Shown: piece by piece, positions 10,169 to 24,499 of the stretch
Position numbering within the stretch: position 1 is the stretch's first letter
How the letters are laid out: every line of letters begins with the position of its first letter
DNA from: Pristiophorus japonicus
Lineage: Eukaryota
NCBI RefSeq assembly: GCF_044704955.1
Contig: NW_027254627.1
Coordinates: forward strand, 1-64,000
Length of the DNA stretch: 64,000 nucleotides
Reading direction: 5' to 3'
Notes under the pieces: generated by a model
Told to the model about the DNA's origin: nothing
The model's input: only the letters and a program-made list of their open reading frames with translations
Databases searched by the model: none
Made by a program: the position numbers and the translations under genes

Positions 10169-13100
10169 TAAGGTAACCCCCTCATCTCCGGAATCAGCCT
10201 AGCGAATCGTCTCTGTACCCCCTCCAAAGCCAGTATATCCTTCCTGAAGTAAGGTGATCAAAACTGCACGCAGTACTCCAGGTGCGACCTCACCAATACC
10301 CTGTACAGTTGCAGCAGGACCTCCCTGCTTTTGTACTCCATCCCTCTCGCAATGAAGGCCAACATTCCATTCGCCTTCCTGATTACCTGCTGCACCTGCA
10401 AACCATCTTTTTGGGATTCATGCACAAGGACCCCCAGGTCCCTCTGCACCACAGCATGTTGTAATTTCTCCCCATTCAAATAATATTCCCTTTTACTGTT
10501 CTTTTTCCCAAGGTGGATGACCTCACACTTTCCGACATTGTATTCCATCTGCCAAACCTTAGCCCATTCGCTTAACCTATCTAAATCTATTTGCAGCTTC
10601 TCTGTGTCCTCTACACAACCCGCTTTCCCACTAATCTTTGTGTCATCTGCAAATTTTGTTGCACTACACTCTGTCCCCTCTTCCAGGTCATCTATGTATA
10701 TTGTAAACAATTGTGGTCCCAGCACCGATCCCTGTGGCACACCACTAACCACCGATTTCCAACCCGAAAAGGACCCATTTATCCCGACTCTCTGCTTTCT
10801 GTTAGCCAGCCAATTCTCTATCCATGCTAATACATTTCCTCTGACTCCGTGTACCTTTATCTTCTGCAGTAACCTTTTGTGTGGCACCTTATCGAATGCC
10901 TTTTGAAAATCTAAATACACAACATCCATCGGTACACCTCTATCCACCATGCTCGTTATATCCTCAAAGAATTCCAGTAAATTAGTTAAACATGATTTCC
11001 CCATCATGAATCCATGCTGCGTCTGCTTGATTGCACTATTCCTATCGAGATGTCCCGCTATTTCTTTTTTAATGATAGTTTCAAGCATTTTCCCCACTAC
11101 AGATGTTAAACTAACCGGCCTATAGTTACCTGCCTTTTGTCTGCCCCCTTTTTTAAACAGAGGCGTTACATTAGCTGCTTTCCAATCCGCTGGTATCTCC
11201 CCAGAGTCCAGAGAATTTTGGTAGATTATAACGAATGCATCTGCTATAACTTCCGCCATCTCTTTTAATACCCTGGGATGCATTTCATCAGGACCAGGGG
11301 ACTTGTCTACCTTGTGTCCCATTAGCCTGTCCAGCACTACCCCCTAGTGATAGTGATTGTCTCAAGGTCCTCCATTCCCACATTCCTGTGACCAGCAATT
11401 TTTGGCATGGTATTTGTGTCTTCCACTGTGAAGACCGAAGCAAAATAATTGTTTAAGGTCTCAGCCATTTCCACATTTCCCATTATTAAATCCCCCTTCT
11501 CATCTTCGAAGGGACCAACATTTACTTTAGTCACTCTTTTCCGTTTTATATATCGGTAAAAGCTTTTACTATCCGTTTTTATGTTTTGCGCAAGTTTACC
11601 TTCGTAATCTATCTTTCCTTTCTTTATTGCTTTCTTAATCATTCTTTGCTGTCGTTTAAAATTTTCCCAATCTTCTATTTTCCTACTAACCTTGGCCACC
11701 TTATACACATTGGTTTTTAATTTGATACTCTCCTTTATTTCCTTGGTTATCCATGGCTGGTTATCCCTTCTCTTACCGCCCTTCTTTTTCACTGGAATAT
11801 ATTTTTGTTGAGCACTATGAAAGAGCTCCTTAAAAGTCCTCCACTGTTCCTCAATTGTGCCACCGTTTAGTTTGTGTTTCCAGTTTACTTTAGCCAACTC
11901 TGCCCTCATCCCACTGTAGTCCCCTTTGTTTAAGCATAGTACGCTCGTTTGAGACACTACTTCCTCACCCTCAATCTGTATTACAAATTCAACCATACTG
12001 TGATCACTTATTTCGAGAGGATCTTTTACGAGGAGATCATTTATTATTCCTGTCTCATTACACAGGACCAGATCTAAGATAGCTTGCTCCCTTGTAGGTT
12101 CTGTTACATACTGTTCTAAGAAACAATCCCGTATGCATTCTATGAATTCCTCCTCCAGGCTACCCCGTGCAATTTGATTTGACCAATCGATATGTAGGTT
12201 AAAATCCCCCATGATTACTGCCGTTCCTTTTTCACATGCCTCCATTATTCCCTTGATTATTGCCCACCCCACTGTGAAGTTATTATTTGGGGGCCTGTAA
12301 ACTACGCCCACCAGTGACTTTTTCCCCTTACTATCTCTAATCTCCATCCACAATGATTCAACATTTTGTTCATTAGAGCCAATATCATCTCTCATAACTG
12401 CCCTAATATCATCCTTTATTAACAGAACTACCCCACCTCCTTTCCCTTCTTGTCTATCTTTCCGAATTGTCAGATACCCCTGTATGTTTAATTCCCAGTC
12501 TTTGCCCCCCTGCAACCATGTTTCTGTAATGGCCACCAAATCATACCCATTTGTAATGATTTGTGCCGTCAACTCATTTACTTTATTTCGAATGCTGCGT
12601 GCGTTTAGGTAGAGTGTTTTAATCCTAGTTTTTAAACCATGATTTTTAGTTTTGGCCCCTCCTGCAGCCCTTTTATATTCAGTGGCCCTTTTTGTTTTTT
12701 GCCTTGGGTTTCTCTGCCCTCCACTTTTACTCATCTCCTTTCTGTCTTTTGCTTTTGTCTCCTTTTTGTTTCCCTCTGTCTCCCTACATTGGTTCCCATC
12801 CCCCTGCCATATTAGCTTAACTCATCCCCAACAGCACTAGCAAACACTCCCCCGAGGACATTGGTTCCGGTCCTGCCTAGGTGCAGACCGTCCGGTTTGT
12901 ACTGGTCCCACCACCTCCAGAACCGGTTCCAATGCCCCAGGAATTTGAATCCCTCCCTGCTGCACCACTGCTCAAGCCACGTATTCATCTGAGCTATCCT
13001 GCGATTCCTACTCTGACTAGCATGTGGCGCTGGTAGCAATCCTGAGATTACTACTTTTGAGGTCCTACGTTTTAATTTAGCTCCTAGCTCCTTAAATTCG

Positions 13101-13877
13101 TCTCGTAGGACCTCATCCCTTTTTTTTACCTATATCTTTGGTACCAATGTGCACCACGACAACTGGCTGTTCACCCTCCCTTTTCAGAATGTCCTGCACC
13201 CGCTCCGAGACATCCTTGACCCTTGCACCAGGGAAGCAACATACCATCCTGGAGTCTCGGTTGCGGCTGCAGAAACGCCTATCTATTCCCCTTACAATCG
13301 AATCCCCTATCACTATCGCTCTCCCACTCTTTTTCCTGGCCTCCTGTGCAGCAGAGCCAGCCATGGTGCCATGAACTTGGCTGCTGCTGCCCTCCCCTGA
13401 TGAGTCATACCTCTCAACAGTACTCAAAACGGTGTATCTGTTTTGCAGGGAGGTGACCGCAGGGGACCCCTGCACTACCTTCCTTGCACTGCTCTTCCTG
13501 CTGGTCTTCCATTCCCTACCTGGCTGTGGATCCTTCAGCAGCGGTAAGACCAACTCACTAAACGTGCTATTAACGTCATTCTCAGCATCGTGGATGCTCC
13601 AGAGTGAATCCACCCTCAGCTCCAATTCCACAACGTGGTCTGTCAGGAGCTGGAGGTGGATACACGTCCCTCACACATAGTCATCAGGTGTCCCTGAGTT
13701 CCCACATGGTACAGGAGGAGCATAACATGTGACCGAGCTCTCCTGCCATGACTTAACCCTTAGATACACTTAAATTGGCAACAACAATGCTAAAGTTTAC
13801 TCACTGTTATAGAAGAGAAAAAAGAAAAAATACTCACCAATCACCAGCCAATCATTTACCCCCTTGGCTGTGACGTT
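10169..13877 (-). mobile_element. Near-full-length CR1 LINE, 3'-truncated and frameshifted; sense to the host gene in intron 1
   Basis: ORF1 pieces 13113-13631 and 12812-13039 (GDS...DGLH esterase). ORF2 pieces 11337-12734 (APE: YLNARS, ETW, GDFN, SDH) and 10258-11337 (RT: QHGF, DFQKAFD, FADD). Confidence 0.95.
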
Positions 13878-13889
13878 TGGGTGGTTTAT

Positions 13890-16210
13890 ACATAGAATAT
13901 AGGAACAGGAGTAGGCCATTGGCAGAACAGGCTTGAAGGACTCATTCAATGAGATCATGGCTGATCTGCGACTTATTTCCATATATTGGCCTGTGGTCCA
14001 TATCTCTTAATACCTTTGGTTAATAAAAAGCTAACAAAATCCGATTTAAAATTAACAATTGATTTTGCGTGAATTGTCGTTTGCGGAACAGTGTTCCAAA
14101 CTTTTACAACCCTTTGAGTGTAGAAATGTTTCCTGATTTCACTCCTGAAAGGTCTGGTTCTAATTTCTAGTCTTCACCTGCTAATCCTAGAATCGCCAAC
14201 CAGTGGATGTGGTATCTCTCTATCGACCCTATCTGTTCGCCTTAATATCTTGAAAACTTTGATGAACCACTCAATCTTCTAAAGTCAAGAGAATACAACC
14301 ATAATTTGTGTAATCTCTCCTCGTAACTTAACCCTTGAAGTCCGGGTTTTATTCTGATAAATCTAGGCTGCATTCCTTGTAAAGCCAATATATAATTCCT
14401 AAGGTATGGTGCCAGAACTGCTTACAGTATCCCAGGTGTGGTCTAACCAAGGTTTTATATAGCTGCAGCATAACATCTACCCACTTGTATTATAGTCCTC
14501 TAGCTATAAAGGCCAGCATTCCAGTGGCCTTTTAACAATTATTTTCTGTACCTGTTCATGACATTTTTATGAACTTGCATGAATTGTCGTTTCCGGAACA
14601 GTGTTCCAAACTTTTACAACCCTTTGAGTGTAGAAGTGTTTCCTGATTTCACTTCTGAAAGGTCTGGTTCTAATTTCTAGTCTCGATGTACCTGAATCCC
14701 CAAGTCTCTTTGGACGTCCACTGTTTATAGACTTTCACCATTTAGAAAGTTCCCTGTTCTATCCTTTTTAGGTCCAAAGTGGATGACCTCATATTTGCCT
14801 ACATTAAAATCCATTTGCCACAGTTTTGCCCATTCAGTTAATCTGTCGATATCCCTTTGTAATTTTGTGCTTTCAGCTACACTGCCTGCAATGCCGCCTA
14901 TCTTTGTGTCATTGGCAAACTTGGATATATATGATTTTCTATCCCATCATCATGTTGTTAAATATTGTGAATAGTTGAGGCCCCAACACAGATCCCTGTG
15001 GGACACCACTAGACACAGCTTGCCAATTTGAGTACCTACCCATTATTCCTACTGCCTGTCTCCTACCGCTCAGCTAATTTCCTAACCAGGTCAGTAATTT
15101 GCCCTCAATTCCGTGGGCTTCTACATTAGTTAACAGTCTCTTATGTGGGATTTTATCAAATGCCTTCTGGATGTCCATATAAATAACCTCCATAGACATT
15201 CCCCTGTCTACTGCTTTAATCTTCTCCTCAAAAACTGCAATCAGGTTTGTCAGGCATGACCTACCTTTCACAAATCCATGCTGGCTCTCTCTGATCAACT
15301 GAAAATTTTCAAAGTCTTCAGTCAGCCTATCCTTAATTATAGACTCTAGCAACTTCTTGACAACAGATGTTCGGCTAACTGGTCTATAATTCCCCGGTTT
15401 TCCTCTCTTACCATTCTTAATTAGCAGACTGACTTATGCAATTTTCCAATCTAAAGGAACAGTTCCTGAATTGAGAGAACTTTGGAGGATTATAATTAGG
15501 GCATCTGCAATGTGCTCACCGACTTCTTTTAAACCCTGGGATGGAAACCATCTGATCCTGGGGATTTGTCAGTCCTCAGTGCTATTATTTTCTTCATTAC
15601 TGTTATTTTACTTACGTTAATTTTATTGCGTCCCTATCCCTGATTCAATATTAGTTCCCTTGGGATTTCTGGCATGCTATCATCCTCTTCTGCTGTAAAT
15701 ACTGACACAAAGTAATTATTCAACATGTCCACCATTTCCTCATCATTGACAGTATCACCACTTTCAGTTTTCATGGGGCCAACATTGCTCCTGACTGCCC
15801 TCTTTTTCCTAATGTAACTGTAAAAATTCTTTGTGTTGATTTAGATTTCCCTTACAAGTTTCTTTGCGTATTCCTTTGTTGTAGCTCTTACGATCTCTTT
15901 TGTGACCCTTTGCTGTTCTTTGTATCTTTCCCTTTCGTGAGCATCTACTTTGCTACTTTGCTACTTTGCATTGTTGTACACTTTTTCTTTTAGTTTTATG
16001 CTGTCCTCTTTAGTCGTCAATGGCTGTTTTTTGGGCAAGTACAGCTCTTGCCCCTCAGGGGTATAAACTGGTTCTGTATCATCTTAAATTCTTTTTGGGC
16101 CATTCCCCCACTGGCCTTCTGTCATTTTATCCATTAACAGGTTTTCCCAGTTTACTGAGGACAGTCTCTGTCTCATCCCGTTAAAATCGGCCTTACCCAA
16201 TCTTGAATCC
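13890..16210 (-). mobile_element. Old decayed CR1 LINE fragment
   Basis: 3' tail at ~13890 and ORF 15074-15352 (QHGF..RSCLTNL, KAFDKIPH). Confidence 0.85.
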
Positions 16211-16545
16211 AAGGCGCGATTTCACCTACCGAGGCGGGCTCAGTGTGGCGAAATAGGTGACGGGTTGGGACCCCACTTCCAGCTCCATCCCACTCTCTAA
16301 AAAATAATTTTACGTTGATGGGGCATGTTGGGGCCTGCGAGGTTCCTGGCCAATTAAAAAGAAGCGGGTTTGATGACATTATTTGATGACATGTCATCAG
16401 ACAGTTTCCTTAAAGGGACCATGTTCACAATCATTTTGACAGTTGTACTGTAAGTGTTTTGCAGCATTGCAATGCTGCACACACTGACAAGCACGGCACA
16501 AAGGTGCATGGCTGCACCCAGGCACTCCCATGACTCCCTCCATAC

Positions 16546-16750
16546 GCTTACATACCAAAGTTCCACCATACCACCCTTTTCAAATGGTGCAGCAGAGCAC
16601 ACAGTACAAATTGTAAAACATGCCCTCATCAAGCAAATGTTGTATCCAAATCCAAAGAAATGGCAATTGTTGTTGGACTACAAATTAGCTAATTTTCTGA
16701 TAACTTATCATAATACTCCTCATACAACTACTTGTAGAAAACCAGCAGAG
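16546..16750 (+). mobile_element. Gypsy integrase fragment (family of 31205-40458)
   Basis: SNGAAEHTVQIVKHALIKQM matches SNGAAERTVQIVKRALIKQM of ORF 31476-32090. Confidence 0.8.
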
Positions 16751-19700
16751 TTGCCTCCCTGGTGCAAGGGTCAAGGATGTCTCGGAGCTGGTGCAGGACA
16801 TTCTGAAAAGGGAGGGTGAACAGCCAGTTGCCGTGGTGCATATAGGTACCAACGATATAGGTAAAAAAAAATGGGATGAGATCCTACGAGACGAATTTAG
16901 GGAGCTAGGAGCTAAATTAAAAAGTAGGACCTCAAAAGTAGTAATCTCAGGATTGCTACCAGTGCCACGTGCTAGTCAGAGTAGGAATCGCAGGATAGCT
17001 CAGATGAATACGTGGCTTGAGGAGTGGTGCAGAAGGGAGGGATTCAAATTCCTGGGACATTGGAACCAGTTCTGGGGGAGGTGGGACCAGGACAAACCGG
17101 ACGGTCTGCACCTGGGCAGGACCGGAACCAATGTTCTAGGGGGAGTGTTTGCTAGTACTGTTGAGGAGGAGTTAAACTAATATGGCAGGGGGATGGGAAC
17201 CTATGCAGGGAGGCAGAGGGAAATAAAAAGGAGACAGAGGCAAAAGATAGAAAGGAGAATAGTAAAAATGGAGGGCAGAGAAACCCATGGGAAAAACAAA
17301 AAGGGCCACATTACAGCAAAATTCTAAAGGGGCAAAGTGTGTTAAAAAGACAAGCCTGAAGGCTCCACGCCTCAATGCAAGGAGTATTCAGAATAAGGTG
17401 GACGAATTAACTGTGCAGGTAGCAGTTAATGGATATGATGTAGTTGGCATCACAGAGACATGGCTCCAGGCTGCGGACTCAACATCCAGGGGTACTCAAC
17501 ATTTAGGAAGGATAGACAGAAAGGAAAAGGAGGCGGGGTGGCGTTGCTGGTTAAAGAGGAAATTAATGCAATAATAAGGAAGGACATTGGCTTGGATGAT
17601 GTGGAATCGGTATGGGTGGAACTACGGAAGACCAAAGGGCAGAGAACGCTGATGGGAGTTGTGTACAGGCCACCAAACAGCAATAGCGAGTTTGGGGACA
17701 GCATCAAACAAGAAATAAGGAATTTGTGCAATAAAGGTACAGCAATTATCATGGGCGAATTTAATTTACATACAGATTGGGCTAACCAAACTGGTAGCAA
17801 TGCGGTGGAGGAGGATTTCCTGCAATATATTAGGGATGGTTTTCTTGACCAATATGTCAAGGAACCAACTAGAGAGCTGGCCATTCTAGACTGGGTGATG
17901 AGTAATGAGAAGGGACTAATTAGCAATCTTGTTGTGCAAGGCCCCTTGGGGAAGAGTGATCATTTTATGGTAGAATTCTTTATTAAGATGGAGAGTGACA
18001 CAGTTAAATCAGAAACTAGGGTCCTGAACTTAAGGAAAGCTAACTTCGATGGCATGAGGTGTGAATTGGCTAGAATAGACTGGCGAGTGATACTTAAAGG
18101 GTTGACGGTGGATAGGCAATGGCAAACATTTATAGATCACATGGTTGAACTTCAACAATTGTACATACCTGTCTCGAGTAAAAATAAAACGGGGAAGGTG
18201 GCTCAACCGTGGCTAACAAGGGAAATCAAGGATAGTGTTAGATCCAAGGAAGAGGCATATAAATTGGCCAGAAAAAGCAGCAAACCAAAGGACTGGGAGA
18301 AATTTAGAATTCAGCAGAAGAGGACAAAGGGTTTAATTAGGAGGCGGAAAATAGAGTACGAGAAGAAGCTTGCCGGGAACATAAAAACTGACAGCAAAAG
18401 CTTCGATAGATATGTGAAGATAAAAAGAGCAGTGAAGACAAACATAGGTCCCTTGCAGTCAGACTCAGGTAAATTTATAATGGGGAACAAAGAAATGGCA
18501 GACCAATTGAACAAATACTTTGGTTCTGTCTTCACGAAGGAAGATACAAATAACCTTCCGGATGTACTAGGTGACCGAGGGTCTAGTGAGAAGGAGGAAT
18601 TGAAGGATATCCTAATTAGGCGGGAAATTGTGTTGGGGAAATTGATGGGATTGAAGGCCGATAAATCCCTGGGGCCTGATTGTCTGCATCCCAGAGTACT
18701 TAAGGAAGTACCCCTAGAAATAGTGTATGCATTGATGATCATTTTCCAACAGTCTATCGACTCTGGATCAGTTCCTATGGACTGGAGGGTAGCTAATGTA
18801 ACACCACTTTTTAAAAAAAGAGGGAGAGAAAACGGGTAATTATAGACTGGTTAGCCTGACATCAGTAGTGGGGAAAATGTTGGAATCAATTATTAAGGAT
18901 GAAATAGCAGCGCATTTGGAAAGCAGTGACAGGATCGGTCCAAGTCAGCATGGATTTATGAAAGGGAAATCATGCTTGACGAATCTTCTGAAATTTTTTG
19001 AGGATGTAACTAATAGAGTGGACAAGGGAGAACCAGTGGATGTGGTGTATTTGGACTTTCAAAAGGCCGTTGACAAGGTCGCACATAAGAGATTGATGTG
19101 CAAAATCAAAGCACATGGTATTGGGGGTAATGTACTGGCGTGGATAGAGAATTGGTTGGCAGACAGGAAGCAGAGAGTCGGGATAAATGGGTCCTTTTCG
19201 GAATGGGAGGCAGTGACTTTAGAGTGCCGCAGGGCTCAGTGCTGGGACCCCAGCTCTTTACAATATACATCAATGATTTGAATGAAGGAATTCAGTGTAA
19301 TATCTCCAAGTTTGCAGATGACACTAAACTGGGTGGCGGTGTGAGCTGTGAGGAGGATGCTAAGAGGCTGCAGGGTGACTTGGACAGGTTAGGTGAGTGG
19401 GGAAATGCATGGCAGATGCAGTATAATGTGGATAAATGTGAGGCTATCCACTTTGGTGGCAAAAACACGAAGGCAAAATATTATCTGAATGGCGGCAGAT
19501 TAGGAAAAGGGGAGGTGCAACGAGACCTGGGTGTCATGGTTCATCAGTCATTGAAAGTTGGCATGCAGGTATATCAGGCGGTGAAGAAGGCAAATGGCAT
19601 GTTGGCCTTCATAGCTAGGGGATTTGAGGTATAGGAGCAATTGTACAGGGCCTTGGTGAGGCCTCACCTGGAATATTGTGTTCAGTTTTGGTCTCCTAAT

Positions 19701-20219
19701 CTGAGGAAGGACGTTCTTGCTATTGAGGGAGTGCAGCGAAGGTTCACCAGACTGATTCCAGGGATGGCTGGACTAACATAGGAGAAGGGACTGGATCAAC
19801 TGGGCCTTTATACACTGGAGCTTAGAAGGATGAATCTCATAAAAACTCATAAGATTCTGACGGGACTGGACAGGTGAGATGCAGGATGATTGTTCCCGAT
19901 GTTGGGGAAGTCCAGAACCAGGGGACATAGTCTTAGGATAAGGGGCAGGACATTTAGGACTGAGATGAGAAGAAACTTTTTCACTCAGAGAGTTGTTAAC
20001 CTGTGGAATTCCCTGCCGCAGAGAGTTGTTGATGCCAGTTCATTGGATGTCTTCAAGAGGGAGTTAGATATGGCCCTTAAGGCTAAAGGGATCAAGGGGT
20101 ATGGAGAGAAAGCGGGAAAGGGGTACTGAGATGAAGGATCAGCTATGATCTTATTGAATGGTGGTGCAGGCTCAAAGGGCCAAATGGCCTACTCCTGCAC
20201 CTATTTTCTATGTATCTAT
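16751..20219 (+). mobile_element. 5'-truncated CR1 LINE (ORF1 C-terminal part plus frameshifted ORF2)
   Basis: ORFs 16791-17180, 17287-17574, 17460-18839, 18868-19281, 19140-19634 and 19890-20129; tail ...TTTTCTATGTATCTAT. Confidence 0.95.
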
Positions 20220-20378
20220 TAAAGGATTTGATTATTTCCTCTGGTGGGGTAGTGGAGAACAAGGGGCATGACAATAAAATTAGAGCTAGACCGTTCAGGG
20301 GTGATGTCAGGAAGCACTTCTTCACTCAAAGGGTTGTGTAAATCTGGAACTCGCTGCCAAAAAGCTGGTGATGCTGGG

Positions 20379-23300
20379 TGATAGGTCCTTACTACACAGT
20401 ATAAATGCACACGAGGCCCATGCTTGAGAGAAGGTCAGTCTGTGACCTGTCCTTTATTCCTTAGCACTCAAGTGATGAAGGTGGGTGGAGCTTCCCCTTT
20501 TATACCTGAAGGTCCAGGTTAGGCGTGTCTCCCACCTAGTGGTCAGTGTTCTCATGGTGTACAACTTAGGTCAGTTTATACATGGGTTACAATGCTGGTT
20601 GAATACATGACATCACCTCCCCCCCCAAAGTCTTATTGGGATCACAGGTTGAGTCTCTCTGGTAGTTTACGCTCCCTTGTAGAGCGCCTGAGTTGGGGCT
20701 CCAGTTGTTGGGCGCTGGCCTGAGTGTCTGCTGTTTGCGGTGCCTCAGGCCTGTCCGGACTGCCCACAGTGACTGGGCTCTCCTCCCTTTGGTTCTGGTG
20801 TTCGGTCACCTGTGGTGGAGTGAACTCTATATCGTGTTCTTCCTCTGCTTCTTCTATGGGGTTGCTGAACCTCCTTTTTGTTTGATCCACATGTTTGCGG
20901 CAGATTTGTCCATTGGTAAGTTTAACTACCAGAATCCTATTTCCCTCTTTGGCAATCCCAGTGCCTGCGAGCCATTTGGGCCCTGCAGCGTAGTTGAGTT
21001 CAAAAACAGGATCATTTACATCAATACATCGCGCCCTCGCATTCCTGTCATGGTAGTGATATTGTGACTGGCGCCTGCTCTCAACAATTTCTTTCATGGT
21101 GGGGTGTATAAGGGATAATCGGGTTTTGAGCGTCCTTTTCATTAGTAGCTCTGCGGGTGGAACCCCTGTGAGCGAGTGTGGTCGGGTTCTATAGGCCAAC
21201 AGGAGGCGTGATAAGCGGGTTTGTAGGGAACCCCCTTGGAATCTGAGCATCCCCTGTTTGATTATCTGCACTGCTCGTTCTGCCTGGCCGTTTGAGGCCG
21301 GCTTGAACGGTGCCGTTCTAACATGGTTAATTCCATTGCCTGCCATGAAGTCCTGGAATTCAGTGCTTCTGAAGCACGGGCCATTGTCGCTGACCAAGAT
21401 GTCCGGTAGACCGTGGGCGGCGGACATTGCCCGTAGACTTTCTACCGTGGCAGAGGATGTGCTTGAATTTAAAATGTCACACTCGATCCATTTGGAGTAG
21501 GCGTCTACTACAACCAAAAACATTTTCCCCATGAAAGGACCTGCGTAGTCCACATGGATGTGTGACCAAGGCTTGGCGGGCCATGGCCAGGGGCTAAGGG
21601 GGGCTTCCCTGGGCGCATGGCCCAGCTGGGCACACGTGTTGCACCTGCGAACACAAAGTTCCAGATCTGCGTCTATCCCTGGCCACCAAACGTGTGACCT
21701 GGCAATTGCCTTCATCGTGACAATGCCCGGGTGCCCATTGTGGAGTTCTCTGATGAAATCCTCTCTGCCCATCTGGGGCACGACTGCGCGGTTTCTCCAC
21801 AGTAGGCAATCGGCCTGAATCGAGAGTTCATCCTTGCGCCTGTGAAATGGTTTAAATTTTTCAGGGCATGCCCTGTACGTGGCTGCCCAGTCCCCATTCA
21901 GGACACATTTCTTGACTAGAGACAATAGCGGGTCTCTATTTGTCCAGACTTTAATCTGACAGGCTGTCAGGGGTGAGCCTTCGCTTCTGAAAGCTTCAAC
22001 AGCCAATGACCATCTCAGCACCATGCTCGGTAGCCCCCTCAGTGGTGGCTAGTTGGAGCCTGCTGAGTGCATCGGCGCAGTTTTCGGTGCCCGGTCTGTG
22101 CCGAATTGTGTAGTCATATGCAGCTAACGTGAGTGCCCACCTCTGTATGTGGGCCGATGCGTTTGCATTTATGGCCTTGTTGTCGGCCAAAAGGGACGTT
22201 AGGGGTTTGTGATCTGTCTCCAGCTCAAATTTCCTGCCAAACAGGTACTGGTGCATTTTCTTTACCGCATATACACATGCGAGCGCCTCCTTTTCTACCA
22301 TCCCGTAGCTCCTTTCTGCCTGGAACAGACTCCTGGAGGCATAAGCTACCGGCTGTAACTGACCCTTGACATTGACATGCTGTAACACACACCCGACACC
22401 ATAGGACGATGCATCGCACGTTAACACAAGTTTCTTACATGGGTCATATAGCGTTAACAGATTGTTGGAACATAACAAATTGCATGCTCTATTAAAAGCC
22501 CTTTCCTGGTTGTCCCCCCAGACCCATTCGTGACCTTTGCGTAGGAGCACGTGTAGCGGCTCTAGCAGCGTGCTCAATTTGGGAAGAAAGTTACCAAAAT
22601 AGTTCAGGAGCCCCAGGAATGAACGCAGCTCCGTCGTGTTACGGGGTCTGGGTGCTCTCTGGATCGCTTCCGTCTTGGATGCAGTAGGGCTGATCCCGTC
22701 TGCTGCTACCCTCATCCCCAGGAATTCTACTCTGGAGCTAGGAAGACGCACTTCGCCTTTTTCAGTCGCAGACCTACCCGGTCCAGTCTGCGTAGCACCT
22801 CCTCCAGGTTGTGGAGGTGTTCTTCAGTATCGTAACCCGTAATGAGGATGTCGTCCTGAAAAACCACCGTCCCTGGAATCGACTTGAGGAGGCTTTCCAT
22901 ATTTCGTTGAAAGATTGCGGCGGCCGAGCGAATCCCGAACGGACATCTGTTGTACTTAAACAACCCCTTGTGTGTCGTGATGGTGGTCAGCTTCTTCGAC
23001 TCACTCGCCAGCTCCTGGGTCATGTAAGCTGAGGTTAGGTCCAATTTTGAAAAAAGCTTGCCACCGGATAGCGTTGCAAAGAGGTCCTCCGCTCTCGGTA
23101 GCGGGCACTGGTCTTGGAGTGACACCCGATTGATGGTGGCCTTGTAATCACCACATATCCTGACCGACCCATCCGCCTTGAGCACCGGCACAATCGGGCT
23201 CGCCCAGTCACTGAATTCGACTGGCGAGATGATGCCTTCCCTCAACAGGCGGTCTAATTCGTCTTCTATCTTTTCCCGCATCATGTACGGCATCGCTCTG

Positions 23301-24499
23301 GCCTTGTGGTGTACTGGTCTGGCGTCCGGGTTTATGTGAATTACTACCTTGGCCCCCATGAAAGTGCCAATGACGGGTTGAAATAATGAGTCAAATTTGT
23401 CCAGGACCTGTGAGCATGATACTCGCTCCACAGAGGAAATTGCATTGACATCGCCCCATTTCCAGTTCATGACAGCAAGCCAACTCCTCCCCAGTAGTGC
23501 GGGACCATCCCCTGGGACAATCCAGAGTGGCAACCAGTTCTCCGAATCTTTGTGGGTCACGACTACCGTGGCGCTGCCTAGCACCGGAATGATCTGCTTT
23601 GTGTAAGTCCGTAGCTGTGCGTCAATCGGCGATAATTTTGGCCTCCTGGCCTTGGATGCCCACAACTTTTTGAACTGTTTGATACCCATCAGGGACTGGC
23701 TGGCACCCGTGTCTAACTCCATTGATACTGGGATGCCATTGAGGAGCACTTTCATCATTATCGGTGACGTCCTGGTGTATGAACTGTATACGTGCTCCAC
23801 ATGAACTCGCTGAACTTCAGCTCCCAGCGATTTCCCCCAGTGTCCATTTCTGCAATTTCTGCAGGTATTTTGCTCATCTCTGCAAACTCCGGCTGAGTGT
23901 ATGCCTCCCTGCCTCCAGCATGAGTTGCGGTTTGAAACAAAAGGTCCCTTGCCAGTCGATCGTCCCTGACTGCCCCTGTTATTGTCCTTGAGTGCACCAT
24001 TAACAGGTGTTGATGGCCCCATTACTGGCCGCATTGTCCCTTGCAATGGCGTGAATCGCTGTTCAGCTTGCCATTGTCTCTGTCGAACTCCCCCTCTGGG
24101 TTTGACTACATGTTGGGGCATGCCTGACTGCCCTAGTCTGCCTGGAGAACTGTGTGCTGCTTTAACAATGTTGAATCTCTGTCCCAACCATTCCTTAACA
24201 CAGTACCTCTCGTCTGTTCGGCTAGTGGCCATGCTCGCGTTTAAATCCCAGTTTCTTGTCGCCATTGATAGGTCCTTACTACACAGTATAAATGCACACG
24301 AGGCCCATGCTTGAGAGAAGGTCAGTCTGTGACCTGTCCTTTATTCCTTAGCACTCAAGTGATGAAGGTGGGTGGAGCTTCCCCTTTTATACCTGAAGGT
24401 CCAGGTTAGGAGTGTCTCCCATCTAGTGGTCAGTGTTCTCACGGTGTACAACTTAGGTCAGTTTATACATGGGTTACAATGCTGGTTGAATACATGACA
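20379..24499 (-). mobile_element. Ty3/Gypsy LTR retrotransposon with both LTRs, gag largely deleted, pol frameshifted
   Basis: 234-bp LTRs at 20379-20612 and 24266-24499 (3 differences seen); TSD CTGGG; PBS TGGCGACAAG; PPT at 20613-20627; PR (DTGA), RT (FQDD), RH (DAS) and IN (HHCC, DNG) in Gypsy order. Inserted into a CR1 fragment (20220-20378/24500-24670). Confidence 0.96.
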
